From NCBI GenBank assembly GCA_027083135.1, contig JALWQH010000023.1, positions 543 to 64,542 of the forward strand: DNA of 64,000 nucleotides, written 5' to 3'. A program made the translations under genes and the position numbers. The notes under the pieces are model-generated. The model had not been told where the DNA came from. It saw only the letters and a program-made list of their open reading frames with translations, and made no database searches. The DNA is from Desulfurococcales archaeon (GTDB lineage: Archaea; Thermoproteota; Thermoprotei_A; Sulfolobales; WAQK01). The first letter of the stretch is position 1. Every line of letters begins with the position of its first letter. Shown piece after piece: positions 20,988 through 31,673 of this stretch.

Positions 20988-21554
20988 TTGGTGGCATACA
21001 TGCCTAGGAGGAATATAGAGGTAATAGAGGCTGCAGGAATCAATGTGAAGAAGCTGCTCGATATGCTTGTACGGGCAGCGGCTGCAGAATTTGTAACCTA
21101 TTACTACTACACACTTCTCAGAAACCATGCTGCGGGGATGGAGGGAGAGGCAATCAAGGAGATCGTGGAGGATGCTAGGATAGAGGATCGAAACCACTTC
21201 GAAGCCCTCGTCCCAAGGATCTACGAGCTGGGTGGAAGCCTCCCCAACAACCTTGTAGAATTCATCCGCATAGCCTCCTGCCCAGAACCCAAGCTACCCG
21301 AGAACCCCACCATAAAGAACATATTAGAGGTGCTCCTAGAGGCTGAGCGATGCGCTGTAAGCGTTTACAGCGAGATATGCCGCTACACTCACGGTAAGGA
21401 TCCCAGGACCTACGACCTATCCCTAGCCATACTCCACGAGGAGGTTGAGCATGAAGCATGGTTTGAGGAACTATTAACAGGCAGGCCCTCAGGTCACTTC
21501 AGGAGAAAGACGCCTGGTGAGAGCCCGTATGTCTCAAAGTTTCTCAGAACATGA
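20988..21554 (+). CDS. dps: DPS-like (DPSL) ferritin superfamily protein
   Basis: [37 protein letters not shown] motifs. Confidence 0.9.
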   Translation: MVAYMPRRNIEVIEAAGINVKKLLDMLVRAAAAEFVTYYYYTLLRNHAAGMEGEAIKEIVEDARIEDRNHFEALVPRIYELGGSLPNNLVEFIRIASCPEPKLPENPTIKNILEVLLEAERCAVSVYSEICRYTHGKDPRTYDLSLAILHEEVEHEAWFEELLTGRPSGHFRRKTPGESPYVSKFLRT

Positions 21555-21611
21555 GGCAGCATCATCCACATACTGGGCTTCATAATCCCATCATCTTTTA
21601 CCATAGATAAT

Positions 21612-21820
21612 ATGACCGCTTCCTCTAACCGTACCACTCTGTTTCTTCCTGGTTTCATTGCGGCGCGGCTTCATCGGTTCCAGCCTCGCCTAGAGGGCTC
21701 ACCACTAAGGCTCATCCCCCTGGGTTCATGGGCCTAGGAGCCCAGCGGCACCCGGGGCCCTGCATCCACGCTTAGCTGGGGGCTTGGAGCACAGGCTCCC
21801 ATCGCCCCCGAGGACTCCAA
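21612..21820 (-). ncRNA. Putative structured ncRNA or IS200/IS605-derived element, copy B
   Basis: GC-rich hairpins, TTTATGTA about 25 nt upstream, shared GATGAAGCCG and GGYACGGYTARAG blocks. Confidence 0.35.
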
Positions 21821-22073
21821 TAGGATGCTATAGCCGACAGCTTACATAAATCCCACCAAGCCGCAAAAAGACACAAATTGACGCGGAAGCCATAATCTAA
21901 CGTTTCAGCCCATGGCTCCGTGGAAGAAGCTCATCTCTGAATATACCATGTTTATTCGTTCCTTTTTGATAACGTGATAATTTTTAAGCGCGTTGTTAAC
22001 GCTAACGATTATTATTCTATTGAAATGTTTTGTTTCATAAATGTAAAAAATTATTAGGTATTGCTGCCTTATC

Positions 22074-23300
22074 GTGGCTCTAGGTGGTGGGATGGATCCC
22101 TTTAACAGTGGTAACACGGCCTTCGTCCTGCTATCTGCTGCGCTGGTTATGATAATGACGCCGGGGCTTGGATTCTTCTATGGAGGCCTCGTAGGTAAGA
22201 GGAATGTGCTGACTATTCTCATGGAGTCCTTATTCTCTCTTGGATGGACAACTATACTTTGGGTTACAGTGGGCTTTACGCTTGCCTTCGGGCCTGATGC
22301 TGGCGGCATTATAGGCGGTCTTAGATACCTCTTCCTATCCCATATGGGTGAGCATACAGCCCTAACAGCATATAGGATTCCCTTACCAGCATTCGCCATG
22401 TTTCAGCTCATGTTCGCAGTTATAACGCCTGCACTTATAACGGGGGCCTTCGCCAATAAGATGAGGTTTAAGGCCTACGTATGGTTTCTAACGCTCTGGC
22501 TGCTTTTAGTCTACTTCCCCGTAGCTCACTGGCTGTGGGGAGGAGGCTTCCTGCAATCATGGGGAGTGGAGGATTTTGCCGGAGGAGTAGTTGTACATGA
22601 GATAGCAGGCTTCTCAGCCCTTGCAACAGTCTTCTTCCTAGGATCCAGGAAGATTGGGGATAGGCCGCATAACCTGATGTTCGTCGCCCTTGGAACAGCT
22701 CTACTATGGTTCGGCTGGTTCGGCTTTAATGCTGGAAGCTCCCTTAGAGCAGGGGGAGATGCAAGCATAGCCTTCGCTAACACTCAGATCGCAGCATCCT
22801 TTGCCGCTATAACGTGGATCCTCCTAGACATGGCGCGTGGAGGCAGGATAACCACTACAGGCTTCTGCACAGGAGCGATAGCAGGGCTAGCTACAGTTAC
22901 ACCTACAGCAGGTTTCATCTCCCTCCAAGCAGCAATGATTGTAGGGATCGCGGCATCCCTGGTAGCCTATGCTGCAGTATCCTATAAGAATAGGAGAGGG
23001 TGGGATGACGCCCTAGACGTATGGGGCGTACACGGCATGGGGGGACTCACAGGCATGATAATGCTAGGCATATTCGGCTCAGCATCAGTGCTGGGATCAA
23101 ACGGCCTAATCTACGGAAACCTAGCCTTCTTCGGAAAAGAGATCGCTGCCGCAACTCTAGGCGCAGTATACCCATTCACAGTCACCTACCTGATCCTCTG
23201 GGCACTCAGCAAAGCCATGCGAATTAAAACAACAGGCGAGGAGCAGGAGAAAGGGCTAGACCTACTAGAACTAGGAGAAACAGCATATGCGGAACAGTAG
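22074..23300 (+). CDS. amt: Ammonium transporter
   Basis: MTPGLGFFYGG, FQLMFAVIT, DFAGGVVVH, WFGWFGFNAGS, DDALDVWGVHG. Confidence 0.97.
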   Translation: MALGGGMDPFNSGNTAFVLLSAALVMIMTPGLGFFYGGLVGKRNVLTILMESLFSLGWTTILWVTVGFTLAFGPDAGGIIGGLRYLFLSHMGEHTALTAYRIPLPAFAMFQLMFAVITPALITGAFANKMRFKAYVWFLTLWLLLVYFPVAHWLWGGGFLQSWGVEDFAGGVVVHEIAGFSALATVFFLGSRKIGDRPHNLMFVALGTALLWFGWFGFNAGSSLRAGGDASIAFANTQIAASFAAITWILLDMARGGRITTTGFCTGAIAGLATVTPTAGFISLQAAMIVGIAASLVAYAAVSYKNRRGWDDALDVWGVHGMGGLTGMIMLGIFGSASVLGSNGLIYGNLAFFGKEIAAATLGAVYPFTVTYLILWALSKAMRIKTTGEEQEKGLDLLELGETAYAEQ

Positions 23301-23850
23301 GAGAAACACACTCTTTTCCCCATTTCCCGATTTTTCCAAGGGCTGCGGGAACCATGGTTACCTCGGCTATAAGTCCATGCCCACAACGTTATCGACGTCA
23401 GGCACAGCCACTTTACCATAATTCTTAGTCTCAGAGTAAGCTACGAAATGAGGGGATGTATTGGCACCCTCAGTGCCTGCAGCCATTATTATAATAACTG
23501 TTGAGTCCGGCTATTGGAGGCCTTCCAGCCTGAGACGCGGGAAGCGTCCATTGGCTTCTCCTCTATTCTCTTATGGGGCTTCTTAACAAGATATGCATCC
23601 TACCTGCATTCAGGGAGATCCAGCGGCCTCAGTCTTCGGGGCATTAACCTATAGTTCTTCCTTGCAGTGTTCATGCCTCTAGAGATCCAGTTATGCTTCA
23701 AGCCGTCTCATATGGCTTGAATTAGACACATTTGCTTTAAGGCTACTAGATACTAGAGGCCTGGCAAGCCGAAGCTAGAATCACCGATGAGGCTGCGATA
23801 TATTTAATGATATAGAGGTAGATCAACTGACTGCAGCATGGGTGTGATGG

Positions 23851-24523
23851 ATGCTGGACCGGAGATCCTCCTGGCTTAGGGCTTCAGCGATAATCGCTGT
23901 CATTGTGGCCATCCTGACCTCAGCCCTCTATCTGGAGAACAGTGGAGCAGGGGAAAAGCTTCAAGAACCGCTCCAAGAATCCCTTGAATACGGCTCCGCA
24001 GAGACTATTGTTCCCGTGAATATGGGTTCCTGCAGGCTTGTCGCCAATCTCACGAAGAAGAGGCGGAGCATGACTCTAACCACCAGCATGGTGAGAATAG
24101 GGGTGAATGGAACCATGCTTGGAGGAGAAGCTAGGGTAACCACCACCAGCGTGGCTGAGAAGCCTCTGCCCCTAGTGGAGTACGAGTGCAATGGATCGCA
24201 TCATATTAAGAGTGCTTGGCCCACAGACAGTCAATGCATCGCACATCGTGGTGAAGGTAGTGGAGTATAGAGGTTCAGGGAGACCCGGAAACTACATCGT
24301 AGAAGGGGATGCTGTGTATAAGCGGCTTCCCAACGGAACCGAGGTGAAGCTAAGTGCAACCATGAACAGCACAGTCAAGGTTGATGAGGGAGGATACCTG
24401 CTCCTAGAGCCCGGCGACTGCGTGACGAGGATTATCATCAATGTTTACTATAGTTATGGGGGAAGCCGCTCATACGGCATGATCATGACTTCAGCCTGCC
24501 TCGGGGAGGCCTATTTAAAGTAG
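23851..24523 (+). pseudogene. Membrane-anchored exported protein split by a frameshift near 24190-24200
   Basis: Two overlapping same-strand ORFs (23851-24270, 24191-24523) with continuous beta-rich composition; only the first has a TM. Confidence 0.5.
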
Positions 24524-24993
24524 CCTCCAGCATTACACGGATCTTGGAGGCCTGAATAACGTTCACCTCGGCCTCAGGCTTCCCATACTCAATGAAGATT
24601 AGCCGTGAATAGACGTGTGGCTACGGGCATTACTCACGTTGATCCTGACTAGTATTCTCTTCTCCCAGCACTTATAAAGGCTCTCCATAAGTCAACCATA
24701 CTTCGCATCATATTCAAGGCGGAGCTAAGCCCCTGCTCTCCGAGAATAATTAGCGGGGATTCTTGAAGCGTGGATCATCCTATGTCTTGTGAACTAGTTA
24801 GTAGGCGGAGGGGCTGGTGACAACATGTTCAAGAATTCTTAGTAAAGATAATCACTATAAGAAACTCTAAGCTATTTACTAGGTTATTTAGAGAGATACG
24901 GCATGCTCCTCGGAGAACCTCTTCAAGGAAGATGGTTCTTCGAGTTCCCTCATAGTTAAGATAGAGCTTTAAACAATATGTTGAGATTATGGT

Positions 24994-25389
24994 ATGGGGC
25001 GGCGCTATATGGTGGGGGTAGCAGCGATGCTGGGATTAATGACTGGAGCTATAGTAGGCTGCCTCACAGCTATGCATGCTGATAAGTCAAGGATCCCTGG
25101 CGACACCCGCCTCCTCGTCCCCACAATATTCGCACTTACAGCACTGGGTATGCTTCTGGAGGAGGGACTGTACTTTTCTCTACCCTGGCTGATCCTAGCG
25201 CTTCTTATAATACCGGCCAGCGGCAGGTTATTTGAAAATACAAGGCTCTTCCTCCTAATAGCAGCATCCCTAACTCTACTCTACATGAGCCTCTTCCCCA
25301 GGCTTCATCCTCTAGGCCTACTCGTAGCATTAGCTGGCATTATAGGCGCAGCTGCAGGACAGAGGAGAACTATCCCTAGCCGAACTTAG
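24994..25389 (+). CDS. Small integral membrane protein
   Basis: Highly hydrophobic 131 aa ORF with upstream TTTAAA. Confidence 0.6.
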   Translation: MGRRYMVGVAAMLGLMTGAIVGCLTAMHADKSRIPGDTRLLVPTIFALTALGMLLEEGLYFSLPWLILALLIIPASGRLFENTRLFLLIAASLTLLYMSLFPRLHPLGLLVALAGIIGAAAGQRRTIPSRT

Positions 25390-25596
25390 GTTCTTAAGCT
25401 AAGCTATATAGGTCATTCCACACTAGCATAAGGCTCAGACTACCCTAACCCTCCCTACAAACATAGGCACAATACGCATATTCCAGGCAGGATTGCGTAT
25501 TTCCTGGAAGGTTGGGATAACTAGAGAGAAGTATAAGAGGAATGGTTTTAGATATTAAGAGGAAGAGATAAAACTATGTATTCGCGGCACTCATGG

Positions 25597-26007
25597 CTAT
25601 TTCTTCACCCATAGTCTTTTCACTGCAGGTATTTTGTCGAACTCTCTATCCTCAGTAACTATTGCGGTGATACCATTATTGGCCATAGCTCCTAGGTGGA
25701 GGGCGTCTGAGGGCTTAAGATTATATTTCGCTAGGAGTTTTGCCGCCTGCCTGTATTCCTCTTCACCTAGGGCAATTATAGATATGTAGGGGAGGACATT
25801 TGATTCTATGAACTCCATTGAGACACCATATGGAATATTGTATTTTCTCCTAGAGACATAGATCAGCTCATCGAGGACGAGGACATCAGTATAAGATTTA
25901 TGCTTCGCCAAGACTTCTAAGTAGAAGTTCTCATAGGGGATCCTGTTCTCAGAATCTGCCATGGTGTTGAGGTATATGAGAAGCGGTGCATCTATGAATA
26001 CCTTCAT
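25597..26007 (-). CDS. vapC: VapC PIN-domain toxin
   Basis: VFIDA, VLDEL, PSDALH, TEDREFD motifs. Confidence 0.92.
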   Translation of the reverse strand: MKVFIDAPLLIYLNTMADSENRIPYENFYLEVLAKHKSYTDVLVLDELIYVSRRKYNIPYGVSMEFIESNVLPYISIIALGEEEYRQAAKLLAKYNLKPSDALHLGAMANNGITAIVTEDREFDKIPAVKRLWVKK

Positions 26008-26273
26008 TACTCAAACTCCTCCTCAAGATAGGTTTCTGCTAGCTCGCCTGGTTTAGGCTCCCTCCTACCCTGTATTCTCTTAATCACCTCAACATGTCTT
26101 CTCAGAGACTCCCTAAGCTTCTCAGCATCTACCTTTCTCCTAGCAGGCTTAAGTACAATTCCATCCCTGATTTCCACAATAACCTCATCACCCTCATCAA
26201 TACCGACAACCTCACGGATAGCCTTCGGCAATATTATGTAGCCCTTCCTACCAACCCTCAACTTAAGAGTCAA
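26007..26273 (-). CDS. vapB: AbrB/MazE-type VapB antitoxin
   Basis: RVGRKGYIILPKAIRE...GDEV; coupled to vapC; CCAGGTT/AACCTGG inverted repeat upstream. Confidence 0.9.
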   Translation of the reverse strand: MTLKLRVGRKGYIILPKAIREVVGIDEGDEVIVEIRDGIVLKPARRKVDAEKLRESLRRHVEVIKRIQGRREPKPGELAETYLEEEFE

Positions 26274-26554
26274 ACCAGGTTCACCTAAAGTATAACCTGG
26301 CTAAACCGATTATTAAGCTTCCCTAAGACACTAGTTTAAGTGAATGAACACACTATATCTAGCATCCGATGCCATAGGGAAGATCACTGCCTCACTAGGA
26401 ATTAGCCTGTCAGGGCTGAATAAAAGAACCATGAATTCTACTAAGATTCATGAAACCAAATATTATTATGAAGGAAAAATGTAGGAATGCATCGATTAGA
26501 AGCCATTCTTGGCAGGGATAACGTTTACAGGGAATATGCTGCTCCTCGCTCTTT

Positions 26555-27052
26555 TTATTGTGCTATAGTTTTCCTCCACTCCTCATATTCTTTAGGCGAT
26601 ACTACTTGCAGCTCGTTTATCATGGTTGTATATCCCTCCTCTCCCATTCTCTCCAGTATTCCACCTAGGTTTCCGCTAACCTTATACCAGTCGTCAAGGT
26701 CATTTGTTATTATTATAGGTATGTCGTTCAGGAGTATTAGTGAGGCGTGTATTGAGTCATACTTAATGTTCACTACTTCGTTTATTATGGCTGCTAGTCT
26801 TATGACATCCTCATCTATGTTCAGTAATGTTATTCCCAGTGATAGATAATCCTCTGTAGCCCTCCTAGCAACATGGGGGCTTATCTTTGAGAGGGAGCCG
26901 AGGAGCTCTAAAGCCACTAGGATTGAACCATGGGCTTCATAGACTCCCCTATCAACATCCTTTAGAATCTCGGCACACAGCTCTCCATACACTGGATGAT
27001 GTATTATAGCGTAGACATAAATGTTTGTGTCAATATATGCTTTAATTCTCAT
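26555..27052 (-). CDS. vapC: VapC PIN-domain toxin (ORF is open to 27103; start placed at MRIKAYIDTN)
   Basis: YIDTNIY, LEL, YDSIHA, TNDLDD motifs. Confidence 0.88.
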   Translation of the reverse strand: MRIKAYIDTNIYVYAIIHHPVYGELCAEILKDVDRGVYEAHGSILVALELLGSLSKISPHVARRATEDYLSLGITLLNIDEDVIRLAAIINEVVNIKYDSIHASLILLNDIPIIITNDLDDWYKVSGNLGGILERMGEEGYTTMINELQVVSPKEYEEWRKTIAQ

Positions 27053-27290
27053 TCCATGATTCCTCAACAAGTTTAACAGCATCAATGCTGATAGGTTCAC
27101 CAACTAGGTTGAGCATATCATCAACAGGATTCCTCGTACGAGGCACTACGGGTTCCAGGATCACCTTCCCATCCTTAACCTTAACTCTCAGGAGATCACC
27201 TATACGGATGCCTAGTTTCTCCCTAACCTCTTTAGGCAGTGTTACCTGGTGTTTCCGCGTAACCTTCACCAAAGCACGCATAATTATCAC
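27042..27290 (-). CDS. vapB: AbrB/MazE-type VapB antitoxin
   Basis: KVTRKHQVTLPKEVREKLGIRIGD. Confidence 0.92.
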   Translation of the reverse strand: MIIMRALVKVTRKHQVTLPKEVREKLGIRIGDLLRVKVKDGKVILEPVVPRTRNPVDDMLNLVGEPISIDAVKLVEESWNEN

Positions 27291-27453
27291 AAGTACTACG
27301 TACTACACAGCACCTAAAACCTTTACGTTTCACCTGGAAGGCTTCTCATCCACCTGCAACCTATAGGGGCACCACGCCTCTTCGGATATCTTACTCTATA
27401 AGTGACTGCCAATGAAGCATTATCCTCGTGTAGAAACATTCTCATCGAAAACA

Positions 27454-27467
27454 TCAGCACTCAAGAC
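27454..27467 (+). repeat. attL core TCAGCACTCAAGAC
   Basis: Exact copy at 59744-59757; 72 bp upstream of the integrase; inner arm GGGATGTAGAA at 27481-27491. Confidence 0.85.
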
Positions 27468-27539
27468 TCTCATCACAGCGGGGATGTAGAACCTCACTTT
27501 CATCTAGGTCTCCCCCCATTATATATTCTCTGAGGATCG

Positions 27540-28661
27540 ATGGGGGAGGGCGTGTACGACTATAGGGAGTCGGAGTACTATAAGAGGCTTCCCCGGGACA
27601 TTAGGGAGCTACTGGACGACTTCTACTCCTGGATGCTGGGGAGCATGAGGGAGACGACTGCAGGGAGGTTTGCGTGGGATGTGGCCAGGATCCTAGTGGA
27701 GGAGGCCTTCAACCCCCTCGACCTAGACTTGGCTAAGGCCAGGAGGGTGGTGGCAAGGGTCTCGGGTATGAGGCCCGGCACGAGGAGATGGTACGTGTCC
27801 CTCATGAGGAGGCTCGCCGCCTACCTCTACGAGATACACGGCTCGGAGAAGGCAAAGGAAATACTCGAGAAGCTCAAGTCCCCGAGGGTCAGGCTTCCCC
27901 CACCCGAAACCCTCACACCCGAGGAGGCCGAGAGGCTGCTGGAGGAGGCCAGAACCCTCAAGAACAAAGCCCTGATAGCCGTGCTCCTAGAGGGAGGCTT
28001 GAGGATAAGCGAGGCCCTCAGCCTCAGAATAGGGGACGTGGAGTTCGACGAGTATGGAGCCAAGCTCTACGTAAGGCAGAGCAAAACAGAGGCTAGGCCA
28101 GTAAGGATAATCAAGTACACCCACATCCTCCGGGCATGGCTTCAAAGCCACCCCCAGAGAAACAACCCCCAAGCATGGCTATTCCCCAAGGCAACAAACC
28201 CTGATAAACACATGACCCCCCAAACCGCAAACAACAATATCAAAAGAATAGCAAGGAGGGCAGGAATAAAGAAGAACGTACACCCCCACATCCTAAGACA
28301 CACCAGGGCAACCATGCTAGCCACAAGGCTAACAGACAGAGAAATGATGATGGTATTCGGCTGGAAAACAGTAGAAATGGTGAGGAGATACACACACCTA
28401 ACCATGAGAGACGTGGAAACCAGCCTCCTCAAAAAGGTCTACGGAATAGACAAGGACGATGACAGGACACCCCTAACCACCAAGACCTGCCCTAGATGCG
28501 GAGCCCAAAACCCAGCCCAAGCAAAATTCTGCTGGAACTGCGGATACCCATTCGAACAAGTACAAATCCAAATAATCAAGAAGGAAACAGAGACCGAGCA
28601 ACTAGCAAGAAAAATAGCAGAGCTATTGAAGCAGAATCCAGAGATACTAGGACAGCTGTGA
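27540..28661 (+). CDS. int: Tyrosine integrase with C-terminal Zn ribbon (SNJ2-like architecture)
   Basis: GLRISE (R), SKT (K), HILRH (HxxR), FGW, RRYTH (Y); CPRC...CWNC; gene intact, not split. Confidence 0.95.
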   Translation: MGEGVYDYRESEYYKRLPRDIRELLDDFYSWMLGSMRETTAGRFAWDVARILVEEAFNPLDLDLAKARRVVARVSGMRPGTRRWYVSLMRRLAAYLYEIHGSEKAKEILEKLKSPRVRLPPPETLTPEEAERLLEEARTLKNKALIAVLLEGGLRISEALSLRIGDVEFDEYGAKLYVRQSKTEARPVRIIKYTHILRAWLQSHPQRNNPQAWLFPKATNPDKHMTPQTANNNIKRIARRAGIKKNVHPHILRHTRATMLATRLTDREMMMVFGWKTVEMVRRYTHLTMRDVETSLLKKVYGIDKDDDRTPLTTKTCPRCGAQNPAQAKFCWNCGYPFEQVQIQIIKKETETEQLARKIAELLKQNPEILGQL

Positions 28662-28663
28662 TT

Positions 28664-29233
28664 CTACCATACTGCTGTCATCATTGCCAGCCATATTAGG
28701 CCAGCCACGGCCAGCACTGTTAGGCCTGCTGAAGCCAGAGCTGTGCTCAGGCTCCCCCTGCCAGCCTCAACCCACCCATACTTGTAGAAGAGGGGTAGGG
28801 GGATGAATAGGAGAGGGATAGTGAACTCCCAGTAGTGCAGGATAAAGCCCAGCAGGATTGCGGCAAGCATGTAGGAGGGAGCCAGGATCAGGGACTCCCA
28901 GAAGCCCAGCCTAAGCCTAGGCATCCTCCCATACCAGTAGGCCAGGCCCAGCACGCCTAGGATGAGGGGGGAATCCCACAGCAAATCATACATCCAGCCG
29001 ACACCCAGAGGACCCAGGGAATGCCACATCAACGTGCCTGTCAGGAACACAGCCAGCCACGGCATACGCGTCCAAACAGCCGCCAACACTAAGAGCACCA
29101 CTACAGGCTCAAACCAGAGCTGCGTATCCCCAGCCACGGAGTAGACAGCGAATCCTGCTAGAAGCCCGAAGCCCCAGCCAGCCATACCCACAACAAACAC
29201 GGATAAAGCTAAGCCAGCCCAGCGGGACAACAC
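28664..29233 (-). CDS. Viral polytopic membrane protein
   Basis: Hydrophobic 189 aa, last gene of the minus-strand virion module. Confidence 0.7.
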   Translation of the reverse strand: MLSRWAGLALSVFVVGMAGWGFGLLAGFAVYSVAGDTQLWFEPVVVLLVLAAVWTRMPWLAVFLTGTLMWHSLGPLGVGWMYDLLWDSPLILGVLGLAYWYGRMPRLRLGFWESLILAPSYMLAAILLGFILHYWEFTIPLLFIPLPLFYKYGWVEAGRGSLSTALASAGLTVLAVAGLIWLAMMTAVW

Positions 29234-29292
29234 TATATCCCAGCATAATTACTGCGGATAAAAAATAAAACAATATTGATTGTAGCACAGGC

Positions 29293-31356
29293 CTAACCCG
29301 CAGGCTCCAAGTGGATCCAGTCCAGCCTAAGGCCGTTCTGATAGCTATTTATAGTGTCAGCAGCATCGCTGAGAGCATGGCCCACAGAGGTTGACACACC
29401 CCTCACAATCACCCCGACCTCAACATAATATGTCCCTGGAGACAGGTTGCCGATATTAGCCGTCAGCGTTACAAGGCCTCCCTCCTCCACCACATTAGTG
29501 CTGGAGCCTATATCCTTGATTATCTTGCATGCCCCTGCAATGGCATTATGGTTGGAGTCGTAGACCATGTATGAGAACTCTATCTCAGCCTCATCTCCAG
29601 GCGTCGAGGCCTCGAGACGATAGCTCAGAGCAGCAGCCAGCGAGAGATTATAGTTGCCTGACTCCTCCACAGGGAACTTGAAGACAGCATACTGGTAGTA
29701 CCAGCCCTCCTCACCGTAAGCCGTATTTATATGAGCAGTTATCACGCGGCCATCATAGGATGTCGAGCCATGAGTATCACCCTCCCCGCCGCTGTCATGG
29801 CCAGCATCATATATCTCGCCTCCACCAGTATCCACATGGGAGCTCGGATAGTAGGGTGTCCTGCCAAGCTTCTCATACTCGCGGAGAGCCTGGATAGCCA
29901 GGATAGTCGTCTCACTATTCGTGAAGGCGAACGGGTTCTCAGGCTCAGCCATCATCCTGAACCCAGCAATGTAGATGCCATGGTTCTCGAGGAAGCTGAG
30001 GACATGCTTGTCGATCAGGCTTGCAATATTCTCAGACCATGCGAACAGGCCTGAGTCACCCCACCCTGTGGAGACCTTCTCCACACCGTCTATCCTGTAG
30101 CCGCTTGCAAATGACCCCCTGTAGGTGGCGAGCTTAACGGTGATCCCGTCAACCTCCTCCTCATAGTCCCACTGAAGCTTCACCAGGATGCCTGCCAGCC
30201 TGTCAGCCATGGCCAATATGTCCTGCCCATTAATGTACCGGTCCCCAGTAATCCTATAGTACTTGGAGAGCACTATGAGCAGAATAGCGTTGAGATAAGT
30301 AGGGTAGTTGGAGTAGTAGAAGGTGTAGGAGCCCCGTCTAAGCCCATAGCCATCCCATCCACCCTCATCAAGGGCCTCGGAGATGAGGCTCTCAGCCTGG
30401 CTCTGCCCATCCGAGCCATACCTGTCAAGATACCATGCAGCCTTAAGCAGCTTATAGTACACGTGGTGTTCAAACATGGTGTACCAAACATCAGCGCCTA
30501 GATCCTCTATAACTGAGACAACCTTGCTGTAATACGGGTAGAGATCCCTCTCAGCATTAATGCCGCCGAACCATGGGAGATCACTGTACCCCTTGCCCTT
30601 CCACGTGCTGACAGCCTCAGCCGCCTGGTCGAAGTCAGCAACATTCCCGCTCTTACCGAACAGCGGGTCATACACGTCGAAAGTATAGCCGTGATCCTCC
30701 ATGAAGTTAAGCAGCTTCTGGGCAAGGCTGGGCTGATAGTCTTCGAGAAGCCAGGCAGCAATCCTGGTGGAGTGCCTAGCAACATACCTCTGACTATAAT
30801 ACCAGGCATCGCCTCCAACATCAGCCGTCAGGGTTATGGAGGAGCCCAGGTGGATCTCATGCTGGTAGACCACGGGGTAGGAGCCAACCCTCAGTATAAC
30901 CCCGCTGAGAGTACACTTCTCAACATAGATGTACAGCTTATCCTGAGTATAGCTCCCATCATTATAGTACCTCACATAGAGAACCACATCATAATCCCCG
31001 CTCTTATCAGGGTTAAAGTAGAACCTCATGTAAACACCGTCAGACTGGAAGCCAAGCAGCTCAGCCTTATAGTATGTGTGCTTAGGCTCATAGAAGCCGC
31101 CAGCCATGAAAAGCGTATTATTATAGATTATCGCTATAGGTATGCCTACATGGTCACGCATAACAGCCTCATTATCATTGATCTCCGCGACAGCCCTGGA
31201 AACCCATGAAATACCCTTAGATATAGCCTCCTCCACAGGGTCGCTGGGAGGCTCATCCACAGCCAGCACCACGGCAGGCCCAGCCACGCTGAACAGGAAG
31301 AGAGACAGGATTAGTATAGCGCCTACAGCGTATAGGAGCCGCACCCCCAATATCAC
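29293..31356 (-). CDS. Secreted virion protein, putative alpha/alpha-barrel spike or adhesin
   Basis: Signal peptide, Tyr/Gly-rich, helical core with TNSETT, beta-rich C-terminus. Confidence 0.6.
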   Translation of the reverse strand: MILGVRLLYAVGAILILSLFLFSVAGPAVVLAVDEPPSDPVEEAISKGISWVSRAVAEINDNEAVMRDHVGIPIAIIYNNTLFMAGGFYEPKHTYYKAELLGFQSDGVYMRFYFNPDKSGDYDVVLYVRYYNDGSYTQDKLYIYVEKCTLSGVILRVGSYPVVYQHEIHLGSSITLTADVGGDAWYYSQRYVARHSTRIAAWLLEDYQPSLAQKLLNFMEDHGYTFDVYDPLFGKSGNVADFDQAAEAVSTWKGKGYSDLPWFGGINAERDLYPYYSKVVSVIEDLGADVWYTMFEHHVYYKLLKAAWYLDRYGSDGQSQAESLISEALDEGGWDGYGLRRGSYTFYYSNYPTYLNAILLIVLSKYYRITGDRYINGQDILAMADRLAGILVKLQWDYEEEVDGITVKLATYRGSFASGYRIDGVEKVSTGWGDSGLFAWSENIASLIDKHVLSFLENHGIYIAGFRMMAEPENPFAFTNSETTILAIQALREYEKLGRTPYYPSSHVDTGGGEIYDAGHDSGGEGDTHGSTSYDGRVITAHINTAYGEEGWYYQYAVFKFPVEESGNYNLSLAAALSYRLEASTPGDEAEIEFSYMVYDSNHNAIAGACKIIKDIGSSTNVVEEGGLVTLTANIGNLSPGTYYVEVGVIVRGVSTSVGHALSDAADTINSYQNGLRLDWIHLEPAG

Positions 31357-31397
31357 CGCCTAAAGGGTGCGGAACAAGTAACACCCTGAGCGGGGGC

Positions 31398-31673
31398 TCA
31401 CAGGCTCCGCATCTTCCTCTTAACATAGTCTAGGATGCTTTCACGCGTCTTGGGGCTCCAGCCCCTAACCTTACTGTTATTCTTAGGCTTAGAGAGACGT
31501 ATGAGGAGGAGAAGCCTACCCCTAGCCGTCTTCTTGGAGATCCTGTGCCTCCTATAATCCCTCACAATAGCCCGGGCAATACTCCTGAACTCCGAGGGCC
31601 TGTCGAGACCCTTAAGCCCCCTATCCTTAACCCTCCTCCCAAGATACTTGTAGCGCCTAGCCACGCCTACCAC
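31398..31673 (-). CDS. Small highly basic protein, VP2-like virion nucleoprotein candidate
   Basis: 91 aa, strongly Arg/Lys-rich, located in the structural module. Confidence 0.6.
   Translation of the reverse strand: MVGVARRYKYLGRRVKDRGLKGLDRPSEFRSIARAIVRDYRRHRISKKTARGRLLLLIRLSKPKNNSKVRGWSPKTRESILDYVKRKMRSL

Noticed and set aside
27540-28661. SSV-type integrase split by integration
   Set aside because: The gene is full length, the att core lies upstream of it, and no int fragment is seen at the other end.
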